NCBI RefSeq assembly: GCF_036321535.1
Contig: NC_087437.1
Coordinates: 53,880,001 to 53,944,000, forward strand
From: Camelus dromedarius
Taxonomy: Eukaryota
DNA length: 64,000 nucleotides
Direction of reading: 5' to 3'
The notes below the pieces were generated by a model. It was not told the origin of the DNA and did no database searches. It saw only the letters and a program-made list of their open reading frames with translations. Shown here piece after piece: positions 35,952-50,100 of the stretch (position 1 is the stretch's first letter; the number at the start of each line of letters is the position of its first letter). The position numbers and the translations under genes were made by a program.

Positions 35952-38522
35952 CATTTTAACTTTTTCCATGTCTTGGCTATTGTAAATAGTGCTGCTATGA
36001 ACATTGGGGTGCAAGTGTCTTTTTGACACTTCTGGATATATGCTCAGGAGCAGGATTACTGGGTCATATGGTAAGTCTATTCCTAGTCTTTTGAGGAATC
36101 TCCACACTGTTTTCCACAGTGGCTGCACCAAACTGCATTCCCACCAGCAGTGTAGGAGGGTCCCCTCTTCTCCACAGCCTCTCCAGCATTTGTCATTTGT
36201 GGACTTTTGAATGATGGCCACTCTGGCTGGTGTGAGGTTATACCTCATCGTAGTTTTGATTTGCATTTCTCTGATAATCAGTGATATTAAGCATTTTTTC
36301 ATGTGCCTATTGATCATTTGTATTTCTTCCTTGGAGAATTGCTTGTTTAGGTCTCCTGCCCATTTTTGGATTGGGTTGTTTGTTTCTTTCTTATTAAGTC
36401 ATATGAGCTGCTTATATATTCTGGAGATCAAGCCTTTGTCGGTTTCACCATTTGCAAAAATTTTCTCCCATTCCGTAGGTTGTCGTTTTGTTTTACTTAT
36501 GATTTCCTTTGCTGTGCAGAAGCTTGTAAGTTTAATTAGATCCCATTTGTTTATTCTTGCTTTTATTTCTATTGCTTGGGTAGACTGCCCTAGGAGAACA
36601 TTTCTGAGATGAATGTGAGATAATGTTTTGCCTATATTTTCTTCTAGGAGGTTTATTGTATCTTGTTTTATGTTTAAGTCTTTGATCCATTTGGAGTTTA
36701 TTTTTGTGTATGGTGTAAGGGAGTATTCTAGCTTCATTGCTTTACATGCTGCTGTCCAGTTTTCCCAACACCATTTGCTGAAGAGACTGTCTTTATTCTA
36801 CTGTACATTCTTGCCTCCTTTGTTGAAGATTAGTTGACCAAAAGTTTGTGGGTTCATTTCTGGGCTCTCTATTCTGTTCCATTGGTCTATATGTCTGTTT
36901 TTGTACCAATACCAGGCTGTCTTGATGACTGTAGCTCTACAGTATTGTCTCAAGTCTTGGAGAGTTATTCCTACAGCCTCTTTCTTTTTCTTCAGTAATG
37001 TTTTCGCAATTCTAGGTCTTTTGTGGTTCCATATAAATTTTATCATGATTTGTTCTAGTTCTGTGAAATATGTCCTGGATAATTTGATAGGGATTGCATT
37101 AAATCTGTAGATTTCCTTGGGCAGTATGACCATTTTAACAATATTGATTCTTCCAATCCAGGAGCATGGGATATCTTTCCATTTTTTTTTAAAGTCTTCT
37201 TTAATTTCCTTAATCAATGTTTTATAGTTCTCTGTGTATAAGTCTTTCACCTCCTTGGTTAAATTTATTCCTAGGTATTTTATTACTTTGGGTGCTATTT
37301 TAAAGGGGATTGTTTCTTTACTTTGTTTTCCTGTTGATTCATCATTAGTGTAAAGAAATGCAACTGATTTTTGTACCTTAATCTTGTAACCTGCTACCTT
37401 GCTGAATTCTCTGATTATTTCTAGCAGTTTTTATGTGAACCTTTTAGGGTTTTCTACATATAGTAACATGTCATCTGCATATAGTGACACTTTTACTTCT
37501 TTTCCAATTTGGATCCCTAAATGTCCATCAACAGATGACTGGATAAAGAAAATGTGGTATATTTATACAATGGAATACTATTCAGCCATAAAAAAGGACA
37601 ACATAAAGCCATTTGCAGCAACATGGATGTTCCTGGAGAATGTCACTAAGTGAAGTAAGCCAGAAAGAGAAAGGAAAATACCATATGAGATCACTCATAT
37701 GTGGAATCTTAAAAAAAAAAAAGAACATAAATACAAAAGAGAAACAGACTTATAGATATAGAATACAAACTTGTGGTTGACAAGGGGAATGGGGGAAGAA
37801 GGGATAGACTGGGAGTTCAAAATTTGTAGATACTGACAAGCATATGTAGAATAGATAAACAAGATTATACTGTATAGCACAGGGAAATATATGCAAGATC
37901 TTGGATATATGGTAGCTCACAGCAAAAAAAAAAAAATGTGACAATGAATATATGTATGTTCATGTATAACTGAAAAATTGTGCTCTGCACTGGAATTTGA
38001 CACAACATTGTAAAATGACTATAACGCAATAAAAAAAGTGTTAAAAAAGAAGAAAAGAAAAGAAAAAGAAAATCATAATAGGGCAGCATGACACACTTAC
38101 TATCCAACATTATTAATAATGAATAATTGGAAAAATTATGTTATGTGATGAATTAAGATATGTTCATAGAAAAATGTATTTTTCTTGTAGTGAAATATAC
38201 ATAACAAAATTTACCATTGTGACCATTTTTAATGTAAACTTTGGTGGCATTGAGTACTCATATTGTTGTGCAACCATAAAAGCAGGTTTTGTATCCAATT
38301 ACCAAATGTGGTTGCAAATTTTTATATATTCATGAATATCACTTACAGCCTGCGTATTTAGAGAAAGAAATATCTGGAAGGATAAGATCTGTAATGTAAG
38401 TAGTACCTTGTGTAATTTTATAAACTTTTCTTATCTGATTTAAATTGTTCAGTGATAAAAAATTCATATAATAAAGGATGTTATTCATATATTAAAGAAT
38501 TACAATTTTCAAAAAAACAAAA
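35952..38522 (+). mobile_element. Young L1 insertion: inverted ORF2 segment (~35963-37514, minus), sense 3' end (~37515-38072) and 3'-transduced flank (~38073-38510) with a second A-tail
   Basis: 17-bp TSD CAAAACAAATATGTGAA at 35935-35951 and 38523-38539. Minus-strand ORF2 peptides ([35 protein letters not shown]). Strand switch at ttggat|ccctaaatgtccatc. Confidence 0.92.
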
Positions 38523-40219
38523 CAAAACAAATATGTGAAGTGAGAAATAGAGGTGTTTGCTCTAGCAGTAGATGGCAAAGTGTAGCCATCAGTGAATATA
38601 TGTTAATAAAATCCAGGTATGTGGATGCAATTAAGGAAAAAATAGAGGGGAAAGAAAAGATGCCTAGAATTTTATCTTGGGCATGTTGGTTTTAAAGGTC
38701 AACTGGAAGAGAATGGGTGAGTGGAAAAGAGTGAGAAGAAAGAACCAGAGAAGAAGGAGGAAAAACAGGAATGGTGTTGAAGGATGCTAGCTAAGGAGCC
38801 AAGAAATGGTTAGCAGTGTTAAATTCAGCTAAGTAAAATGAAGACTAACATTTTAGGGTATAGGGTTTATGGTAACCTTTGAGAATGCAGTTTCAGTGGA
38901 GTTCTGGAAGTGAAATGGGCTGTAGGCAGATACCTTCATCTAGAAGCCCAGAGAGGGGAGCAGCTCATAGAGAAGTCTGCTCAGTGGAATATATGCTGCC
39001 TGCAGAAGCACATAGCTATAAACCACCACTTTGGTGTGTCACCACCCTGATCGACTGCCATGACCAGGATTAAATACTCTAACCAGGGACAGAGGTATCT
39101 TGATGCCTGAGTTAACATTCCCAGGCCTAAAGTTGTACACCACCCCCCAACACATATACATGCACACACCCAGAAACACATATACACACCTAAATATGTA
39201 TAAAAAATAAACACTGTAATGTAGATAGATTTTATAATAATAGATTTTAAAAGATAAAGCATTAGATTTCAAAGAAATTTTGTTTGCAGCATGTTACTTT
39301 AATCTAAATTTCTAGGTCCTTTTTGACTCCTCCCCTCCACCCTACACTTATTCCTCACTCCTGTGTGGAGTATCTTTGTTCATTCTCCTTGGCCATCAGG
39401 GACACTTGGATTAATACATTTGACAGACTGGTAAAAGGCATATGCTGACAGGTGCCAAGAATCAGGAGTTATAGCTTCCAGTGCTGGAAGCTCTAACTTT
39501 TCTGGGCACCACCTACCTCTAAGGAACCTGGAGGACTGTTGCTGGAGGAAGAAGTTGTCAGCCTTGTGGTCTGACACTTTCACTTATCATCCTTCATAGT
39601 ATCCTGTCCATCTGCCACCACTTCTGACCACACCAGGCCCACAAATAGCCCACAGCCCATTGTATTCCTAGGACCCAGACCCAGAGACCACCCACAGAGA
39701 GGGTCACAATATGCACAAACACATGGACAAGGAACTTCCAAGTTCCAGCTGACACCAGTACCAGAAGAGAACAGATCTGGGATAAGGCTTTGACAGCCTT
39801 CCTATACTTCTTTGCTTTGCAACCCAGAGCTTATCAAGGGTTTTCAGATCAGCTAACAGAACACTGGTCCTGCTTTATACAGAGAGTTTTTATATACAGA
39901 CTCCAGGTTATGAACACTTCTTTGTTTTAAACATCACATGTTCTCTCTATGAGAAGATGTCTAAGTAACACCCCCTGGAATTGAGCATGGCTATGTGTGA
40001 CTGCTCTGGCTCCAGCTCTCTGAAACCTTCGCCAGCCATACTGACCTCTAGGTCTCCTACCATGTAAAAGAAATTTGGACTGAAGGGATCACAGAAGGTT
40101 TAGGAAAAGAGTCTGCCCTACATTCTAGGAAGTTGACTCTGGTGGTTGTGTGGAGGGCAGATGAGACAGAATAAACATTAAAGATTGAGGGAACAACTGG
40201 GATTTTATTTTAATGAGTC

Positions 40220-40770
40220 AGTGGTTCTCAGTGGGGGTAAAACTGATCCTAAGGCATTTTCTGAAATTTTGTAGACTCTTATGATTTGCTATTAGTGTTT
40301 AGAGAACAGGAGCCAAGAATGATAGACAACTAGGCATTTTAGGGCAAACAACTAAAAATTGTTGTGAATTCCACATAAAAATTGAATATTCCTTTTTATA
40401 ATAGTCTGAGCCTGGCATTTAACTCTGTTTACATACACACTACTAATGATATTTAAGTCCTAATACAGCACATCTGTTCTCATCTGCATTTATAACCATG
40501 ACAGTCAAAGTATGAAGAGAGGCAAGCATTTGCCTGCTTGATCATATACACTAGTTGACTGAAATATGCTATTTTGTTATAAACCACTTTCCTTTATTTC
40601 TGTGTATTAAATTCAGAGTATTATTTTGCTGTTTGTGGAGTGATATATTTTGATAGATTATATTATCTATAATTTTCATTTCTGTATACCAAAGAGTCAT
40701 CACAAATATTTTTTATTTTAATTTTTTAAGAAGGAAAGCATTAGATTTAATAGTGTTGAAAATGACTGGT
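40220..40770. mobile_element. hAT-Charlie remnant
   Basis: cagtggttctca start and ttgaaaatgactgg end. Confidence 0.5.
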
Positions 40771-41169
40771 TTAGGTGATAAATATTGAGAGCCTAAGCGA
40801 AGGCCTGAAGGAAAAAGAAAGTCACTGTGGACATAGAATTAACAGAATTTGGAAAATGATTGGGTTCAGTGGATTAAAATTAAGCCCTGTTTCAACTTTC
40901 CCTTCTGCAGGCTAAATAAACTCAGAGCCATTATCCTTCTTGGCCTGCTTCACAAACCTTTCATTATCTTGGTTACTGTCTCCAGAAGCACTTCCCTGAG
41001 TCTCCAAATGGTGTTCAGCTCCAGATCACCAAAAGGAGCTTAAATATATTGAAATGAGGAGCCAAGACTCCCAACTCCCAAACAAATCAGCCGTGTACTA
41101 GCTTACAGATCAGACCATGTATACGAATACACACGTAGCAGACATTGTCAGGAACCTGAAAATATTTCT

Positions 41170-41601
41170 TTGTCTTCTGTATATGCTAAGTGACTGCAAC
41201 TGTTAGCACTTGCATTTCTTTGTTTAAGAGACTTCTTTGGCCAATGAAGCTTTCTTGGCCCAGTGAAGGAGGCTGGAAGTGCTGGAATGAATGTGTCTCC
41301 CCACCCTGTAAACAGCTTCAAACAATAACTGACTGGAGTTGGTGTATAAATACCCCAGCTATGTAGTCCCTTTGTGCAACAGGTCCAAGATGTGTATTCT
41401 ATGTTGATCCCCAGAGTCTTCCCAACAGGAAAAAGCTCCGGTCACCCACAGTTATAACTGACTTGATAACACACCCTATATTGATGGCCTGGGCTCATTT
41501 TCTTCTTCATTTCCTGGTGTTTCTTTCCCCTCCCCATTAAACTACTTTGCTATCATATCTCTGTCTGAGGGTCAGCTTCCGAGGGAACCCAGACCGAAAC
41601 A
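41170..41601 (+). mobile_element. ERVL LTR16-like
   Basis: ggagttggtgtataaataccccagct...attaaactactttgc...tctgagggtcagcttccgagggaacccagaccgaaaca. Confidence 0.75.
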
Positions 41602-44485
41602 AATTGTCATCTATTACACTAGGGATATCTTTTTTTTTTTTAATACATGTGGTTCCGTTTATATGACATTTCACGTTGTTCAAAGGAAGGATTATGGTTA
41701 CTGTTGGCAGGGGAGGGGAAGTGGCTGGAACAGTGACTCCTGTGGGTGCTGGTCAGGTTCTGTTTCTTGATCTGGTTGCTGGTTAAGACGAGTGTGAACG
41801 TTCATCAGGCTTATGAGTTGTGTGCTCCTCTGTGTGTACATAGTGCTTGCAGAAAACATTTTGGTCACATTTGCCAAGTCATCCCTATGCCTTGAACTTT
41901 CCTCTCAGACACAGCTTCAACCCCGGAAACAACCAGCCACTCCCTCCCTCTCCTGCAGTGAAAGGACCTTAGGCCCAGGCCAGGAAATGAAGCCTCGTGG
42001 AGCACTGGTTTCTAGCGACAGTGATTGGATTGAGGGCTTTGTTCACCACTGTATCTATAGTGGCTGGCCCAGAGCTGGACACGTGATGATGCTCAGTGAA
42101 TGTCAGTAGGTGAAAGGAATGAAGGGAGGGAGGGGATGATGGATGGTGGAAATGAGCTGAGTTACGGCAGAGGGAGCTGAGTTCAGATTTTCCCTCTTGT
42201 AAGTCACCTTTGGGTTTTGACTAGCCTAAGCAAAAGTATGTGGTCATTTAGAATGACCTTCCTGGTCATGAGGGTTACCCCACAGACTCCATCCTAGAGG
42301 CTGACTTGCAGTGTTTCTATTTGTCCTGAATGAGACCTATGAAGTCATTCAACTACTCATTCCTAAAGCTTCAGATGAATCCAAACTCTGCCATGAAGGC
42401 ACAGCCACCACCTGGAGGAGGAGGGCAGTGGGGGAGGGTGAGCACCACTGTCTAGGGGAGTGTGGGGGTGGGGGCGGGGCGGGGGTGGGGTGGAGGAGCT
42501 CGGAGCTCACCACGGTTGCATCCTGCCTACCTGACCAGCTGTCAGCGAAGGACTGTAAGGGAGTCCACATGAGGAAAGGTCACTTTGAGGCAGAGGTAGA
42601 TGTGATGATGGACCAGGCAGATGAAAGGAGGGTATGGACTGATAGAGGTCCAGGGTCCTTGAGGATATCTTGTAGTAGACAGATGTAGTCAAAGAGCACA
42701 GGCCTGCGAGACAGACCTGGGTCTAAGCCCAAACCATACCAACTTACTTCCGACTTTAGGCATTTTACTTTCTCTCTCTGCTTCAGTTTTCTTATTTTTA
42801 AATTAAAGGATTTTGACTACAGAAATATTTCCCAGAATGTGTTCACTAGAAGAACATTCAATTTTTGGAATAATAGTTGTCAAGCAAGAAGAGATGAGAG
42901 AAGAAAGAAAGTTTCTGGTCTGTTACATACAGCAGTCTCTGTCCACTTCTCAGGACTGTGCTGAAGTAGAAGTGGAGTGCCTAACTCAGTGTCTGACATA
43001 CGGCAGGCTTACAATAAATGGTGATTGATTCAATTCCAAAGCAGTTATCTCATGCTTATAAATAATATATCATTGTTAGGCAGTGATTCTTAACCCGAAG
43101 TTCATGCATTCTCTGAAATTGTATTAAAAATTGTACACCCAGTGCTCCTGTGCCTTTTTCTGGGGTGAACCTCTTAGATTTAATTGATTTTTAGACTCCT
43201 TAAAAGATTAAGTCTTAAGCCATCTTGTCCTAAGCCATCTGGTCTTATCAGTTGTTTTAAAACATAACAGTAAATTATCAGGTCCTAGTTTTAATAATCA
43301 ATCAACAAACACTTATTAAGCATCTTAACTCCCATTTAGGGGAACATTTCAAGTCTTTGTGCAGTGGTCAGTCATTAAGAATTTCTGAGATATAAATTCA
43401 GTATGCATAAATGGCAGGCAAATATAAGAATTCAGTTGATATAAGAAAAAAAAACTAATGGATTAAAAAAAATCCTGGTTTTCACTGGGAACTGTATTCA
43501 TGCTTGAATAGAATTTTTTAAAAAAAATTCTAGCTAATTTGATGGATATATGCCGTATGTTAGAATGGGGTGGGATATTCCCTAAATGGATCAGAACAAT
43601 TGAGCTATTGTTAAATGATTCCCCTCCATCCTTCTTTGTCAGAGCAACAGACAGATCATAGGTTTTCGATTCAAATGCTTTGCTCTTCATCAGACCATTG
43701 ACTGGACTGTGTGCTGGAAAAGATGTTTACTGTATCTATCTGTGATTTCTCAATAACTTACATGGTCCTTTCCCATTTGTAAAGCCTTACCAAACGCTGT
43801 CCAGGCTGCTGGCAGATCTGTGTCATCTCAAACTATAAGCAGTGTGCTCTCTTCACATGATCTACCACAGAGGGAATGGAACCAACCACTAGAGGTATTT
43901 CCAGCTCCAAATTTCTCAATGTTTTTCTCACTGTAAAGCTTAATCTTTGGTTGTTATTGACAACTGTTGTGACCACATTTGAGAGAGCATGAAAGGAGCT
44001 GTGTGGAGGAAGTGTGTGGGGAGGTGGGAAGGAAAGGAGACAAATTGGCAGAAATGATTTTCAAAGATGCCTGTTTTCTCAATTACTTAAGCTTACCTGG
44101 TTTTGTCGACATCAAGAGAGGCATACTTTTCTAGTTTTAAAAAAACAAATTATGCCTCAGTAGAAAATAAACATGTTATGAGTAAAAGGAAAATACATTG
44201 TCAAAATAATTGCTATGGGAGATAAAATCCAGTTTCAGGAAACTCTTTTCAGTTTCTTACAGGTAGAGAAAAAATAGTCTGATTAGAACAAACTAACCAA
44301 CATCATGGGTACAATGGCTTCTGCTATAATTTCTCTTTATCAGTTAAAATTCCTAGTTCAGTGGGTCTTCACATTTTTTTGTGTGAATATGAGGACATCA
44401 TTCAATCAATTTTTTAAAAAATTGAGAACCTTAAAATGCTAGTAATTGTTCCTTCAGTAACTGTTAAAGGGGAAAGTATGAAAAC

Positions 44486-44970
44486 GTATCGCGGTTATCT
44501 ACTGCTACTTAACAAACTACCTCAAATCTAGCAGTTTAAAAGAATAATATTGGTTTGTTAAGCTCATAAATTGGCATTTGAGCAGGGATTGGAAAGGGCA
44601 GCTCACCTCTGCTCTGCACGGGGAGCTGAGGCTGCTTAAAGATGGGGGGGGGGAGGTCAGAATCACTGGTGGCCTCAGGCACTCACATGACCAGAGGCTG
44701 ATAGTAACTATGGGACCTCACCCGGGGCTGTCATCCACAAAACCTATATGTGGCCTCTCGCAGTGGTCTCTTTGCTTTCTCATGGCATGGTGATTGAGCC
44801 CCAAGAGAATCAGGCATCACCAGTATTGCCTTTAATGACCTGGGATCAGAAGTCCCATAGCTCATTTCTGCTCTAGTAATAAGCCCACTCAGACTTAATG
44901 GCTACAGCGTCAACACTGCATTGCAGGAAGAATGTATGGCCACTATTTTGAAAAATTAGACCCTTCACAA
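44486..44970 (-). mobile_element. MaLR LTR (old MLT1)
   Basis: gttatctactgctacttaacaaactacctcaaatctagcagtttaaaa...ggaaagggcagctcacctctgctc. Confidence 0.7.
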
Positions 44971-46054
44971 ATAGCAAAATGCTCACAATTTGGGTAAATG
45001 AACAGGTGTTTTAAATGAACAGGTGAGCCTATCATATCTGGCAGTAATGCCTTAGGATCTAGGGATTTCTTACTATTAGGCATCTCGCTCTGGAATGGAT
45101 GCAGGTAAAACACATTCCAATGGGGTCAAAGCAGCTGGCCATAGCTTGAGACCCTGACCATGCCATGTTTCCATCCGCAGAGGATGAACCTTCCAGCCCA
45201 CTCCATATTCTGTTCATTCAGGTCTTAATCCAGTCATTCTTTTTGTGTAGCTTGTACCTCATTTAGCCAACAGCATTTTTTTTTTCTAAAAATACATACC
45301 TATTCATAAAGTGACCCACCTCACAAACCAACTCTGGCTCCACCTGCCTACAGAAATAACAACAAAAATATAAGCAGCTAACGTTTTTGAGCACTTAAAT
45401 GCTGGACACCGAGCTGGGTGCTTTACAGACCTTAACTAAATTAACCATCATTGGGATAATGAGGCAGGTTCTGACATCCTATGTTTTAAATTAAAAGAAA
45501 AAAATGTTGAGGTTTATAATAAACCTGCCAAAAACCCCAGCTAGTAAGTTATGGACAAGGTCTCACAAAGACCTTGCTTTTAATAATTATGATGATGTGA
45601 GTTCCTGTACAGGATAGGTTGATCCCTTTAATGTGACTTTCATGGACTTTCATGAGCTGGACCTTATTTTTCTCGTTTCACACAGTAACAGTTTTCCTTC
45701 ACATTCATACAACTTATAAAACAGTCATCTAATGCTTCCTACTATACACATACTCTTTTTCCTTTGTTCATTTGCTTCACGTGTCTTTCTATGCTCTAAC
45801 CAGCAAAATAGAGAGTTTCTGCTTACATCCTGTCTTCTCTAGGAAGTCCTGACTTCTTCAGTTAAATGTCCCCTCCTCTTAATTTCTATGACACTCAGTA
45901 CATTCCCCTACTAAAGGACCCCCCAACATCATCAAATTTACTTGTGTGTCTATCCTTTTCACTAGGGAATGAGTCCTAGGATGTGCTGTTTATTTGTAAA
46001 GTCTCGAAGACTAACACAGCAGTTGGTACCAAGTAGTCACATATTCTGTATGTT

Positions 46055-47152
46055 GGAACTTCAGCTTCCTACCCTGATGGAGGAACAGATATCACACCAG
46101 CCCTCTTGTAGTAAATTACTATAAACCTAGACAAATTTTATAAAACAACTGTTTTCTGGTGTTGAATCAAAGGCAGTGCAGAACTCTGATCTCTGTGAGA
46201 CAGAAAACAAACAAGATAATCTCCAAGATTACATGGCTTTGTGTTAGAAGGCCCTTTCCAGACTGTAGTACGGAGAAGGGGAGGCAAAACAGAGCATAGC
46301 TACTTAGCAGAGCTAAAAAGATAGAAGTCAGAATTTGGGGTTACTGAGGCAGATAGAATTTCCGGGACAGGGTAGGAGGGAGAAGAAAGCTATGTACAGA
46401 AGAAACTCTAAAAGTGCTTAAGGATCCCCTTGAGTTTTTGGCTGAATACTAACCTGTGTATGTGCAGAGAAAAACTGCATGAAGCTAGACTGAAAATATC
46501 TATCAGAGGAAAACGACTATTGGGAACTGTGCGTTAAATATTAGAGTTTGCATAGGGTTGGAAGATGTTTGAATTTTGACTGGCCACAGCAGAGAAGCTT
46601 TGCTGAATATCCCAGAAATTCAACAAAACCCATAGAAAGGCAACACCTTAGGAACAGAATTAGCCTAACCCTAGAGTAATAGTCATTCTAGACTAGATCA
46701 AAAGTTTCTATACAAACCTTGAAGGGACTATGTTGATCCATGAGCAAATTAAATGCCTGCTGGAACAAAGCACTAAACTGTTTTATGAATGAAGACAAAA
46801 TGCTTCAAAAACACAGCATTCATAATGTCAACCACACAATAAAATTTACTTGCTGGGTAAATGAGCATAAATACATGATGTATAACCAAAATAAAAATCA
46901 TAGAAATAGAATACAACCAAGAAATGAGAAATTGTATAACTGAAATTTACTAAGAGAATAGAAGTATTCTATGTTCTCTCTCTCTCTCTCACATACACAC
47001 ACACACATACAGGTAAATATGTGAGGTGATGGATGTGTTAACTCAGTGGGGAAATCCTTTCACAAGGTATATGTATAACAAATAATCATCAGATCGTCCA
47101 CTTTAAGTATATTACAATTTTGTCAATTATACCTCAATAAAGCTGAAAAAAA
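46055..47152 (+). mobile_element. Old L1M 5' fragment followed by an L1MA-type 3' end
   Basis: 3' part atgtgaggtgatggatgtgttaac...tgtcaattatacctcaataaagctgaaaaaaa. The 5' part resembles an L1MC/MD 5' region. Confidence 0.65.
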
Positions 47153-50100
47153 TTCTTTCTCCCTACAAGATCCTCTCACCCCAGGAGAGCTAACAGGGTG
47201 CATACTCAAAGACTGGTGATGAATTAAACAATTGAGGAATTCTTATTAAACAAAGAGTTTTTCTTTTGGTTCTCAGGATTAGGTGTACTGAGGGTCTAGA
47301 AAGCTATGGCCCAAGTCTGCCTTTTAGTGGGAGCTTCTCAGTAACACAGTCCCCTTCCCTGCTTACCCTCCTCCACAGAAGATTAGGGGTTTGAAGCTAG
47401 GGCAAATGCGTCTACATCAGGGACTGTAATTGCTTCACCCAGTCTGTGCCTTGTCGAGGGCAGTAAGCCTTTTTATGCATTCCCTACCCCTCCTGCCCAA
47501 ATACACCATGAAGGGTAAAGGATTTTAGATTATGATTGTTAATTAAGTGATTTCATCAGGAGTCCTTTGTTTTTATTTGAAGATTCTACTTTTGTAGAAT
47601 GGGGACTACTGTGCTTGGGGTGTACATATGGGGGGGATTCAGAAAATCTGAGATTTCTTTTGCAAATGGTTTTATCTGTGTTCAAAATGTCATTAGAGGA
47701 GTGAAGCTAGGGAGGAATCCACTTTTCCTTTTCTTCACAAGTCTTTATAGTCATGTCATAACTATTATTTCATAATATTTTTTAGTTGACAAAATACTTT
47801 CCCACTCATGTTTTCATGTAAGCTTTACATTACCCCATAAGACAAAGAGGATTAGGATGCTTCTAATTTTACAGATGTAGAAAGTAGGTTCAGAGATATG
47901 AATTTGCCCAACAGAGCTAGAACTAAATCCTGGTCTTCAAGGTACCCAGTTTATCATCACTGTCATCATACTGGCTGGTACACCTCACTTGGGTTGATCT
48001 CTAACATGCCTCTCCCTGTGGGCTGACTTCCTAGGCTTGTCTCTTAATTAGAACAGCCTGGACACTACGATAATCCCCCTTCCTTGCCAAACCCCAACTC
48101 CCAGCTTCCTGCCTTCCCAATTCTCCATTACAGCTTGGGACTCTGAGGAGCCTGAACGATCCCTTTAGCCCTTCCCGGGTCAGGAACACAAATGTGAAAC
48201 CACAGTTTCTTAGACACAACTCAGCTGTTTCCTTGAGTGGTTCATCTGATTCTGACCTACCCTAAATTATATGTCATGCCCCAAGCTTGGGCCTTTGTAA
48301 CCCAACAGTCCTCTACAGCTAAAGCTTAGCCATGCTCTCATTAGCTCCTCCATGTCCCAGCTTCCAGCATGAAATAGAAAAGACTCTTTAAGAGTGACAT
48401 TAAAGGGAGAAATAGCAGGTCATAGTTAAACTCCTCATGTGTTTTCTGTGGAAAGGGGCAGCTTCCCTTGTCTAGTCTCATCCTCTAAATGGCTCATCAC
48501 CAGTCACAAAATTGGATTCACTTAGTATGTGTCCCCTACAATGCTTTGCAAGACAGTGAAGTTGAGAGGATGTGATGTGCAGAGTTCACCAATTCATAAA
48601 TCTGGAAGGAAACTTTTCATTCACCAGACACATAATCCAAAATTCTGAGAGAGAAGGTGGCCTGCAGAACATCACCCAGTGAGCTAGAGGCAGGACTAAA
48701 ACAAAGACTATGTCAATGGTTCCCATAGTGTCTGTTTTCTCAGGTAAGTGCCAAGGTGAGGTAGCAATGTGTCTGGTCGAGAGATTTTCTCTCACATGAA
48801 ATTCAGATTGAAAAAGGAGAGAACTAGCTGCCCTCTGGTTGGGCAGGCTTTATTTCCCAAGAGAAGAGCCTACATTTACATGCTCCCGAGGTTTTATTCC
48901 TTTGAGGAAATCTCAGTGCACACTTCTGACCAGGCACCCATTGCCTTCCTTTGGAAATATGTTTGCTGTGTTCCTTTTTCTTTGCTTGAAATGTGGTTCT
49001 CATATACGCAGCAAAACCCTAAAGCATTTGCTGATTCAATTTCTAATTGTTCTTTTCCAAGTTTTTTTCTACTTCAGAGACTTCTTCACCTGAATGAGGG
49101 TGGTGATAATGAAATTCAGAATGAGTAAACTCAGTCTTGGGAGGCTCACTGCATTTCTTTAAAAAAATAAAATCAGCACAACCTTTGACAAGCATGTCCC
49201 AAGGTTTAACCCCCCTACCCCCTTAGAATGTTAAGGAAAGGCCACATAATGAGCATACATCAAGCCTGGGGCCTTTCTTACAAGTAAGTTTCAAGAGAGT
49301 ATACCTGCTTCTGGAAGGAAGTAGCACTTTACTACACAGCCAGACATACCCCTTGGTAATTTACAAACTTTCTAAAGGGAGGGGAGAGACAGCTCATCTC
49401 AGCAACAGATCCACTGCAGGCAGCAAGGGGCCAATGGGGAGTTGGAGCAGTGCTTATTACAGTTGTTATTATTATTGCTGCTGTCATTATTATGATCATG
49501 TTGCAAATTCACTTAATGGTAACAACAGGGCCTGGCCCCAAAAAGAGATTCAAAACAGATGTAATCTCTGCCTAGAGGCCTCAGTTTTGAGCCGGATGTT
49601 TTTCCAGTAATCTATTCTCATAGTCCTCTGATGCCTGATGTGGATACGGTCTGTGTGCTCTGACCAGCCTGGCCAGATTCATCAGTAAGCTATGTACACA
49701 GAGGAATTGTCTCGCTCATACACTTTATTGCTGCTTTTGATAAACCAGAGCCTCTTTTCAAGATAACGTGACAGATTTATTGACATAATTATACATATAC
49801 TGCCATCTTCGCGAATAGGATTTAGAGAAACTAATAAGATGCCTGGCTTTAGAAGTGACCTCAGAGTCAATACATGGTGCTCAAATTCTCCGCTTCAATC
49901 ACCCCTCTTGCCCATTCTTGAATACTCCTGATGTTGGAGAACTCAGCACCCATTAAAGCAGTCTATTCCATTCCTAGACAGCTGTGATAGAAAGTTCCTT
50001 CTTATATTAGGACCTGAGGCATCTGCTGAGTCACCTTCTTTCTCCTTTCAGAGAGCAGCATCCTCTCATTTGTACAGGAAAGCAGAGGTTCCTCCCTATC

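Noticed and set aside
35934..37653. ORFs of 68-150 aa on both strands
   Set aside because: Frameshifted L1 ORF2 fragments and their antisense shadows, not host genes.
38563..38580. CTCF-like site gcagtagatggca
   Set aside because: A single partial match in L2-like sequence; not supportable without ChIP data.
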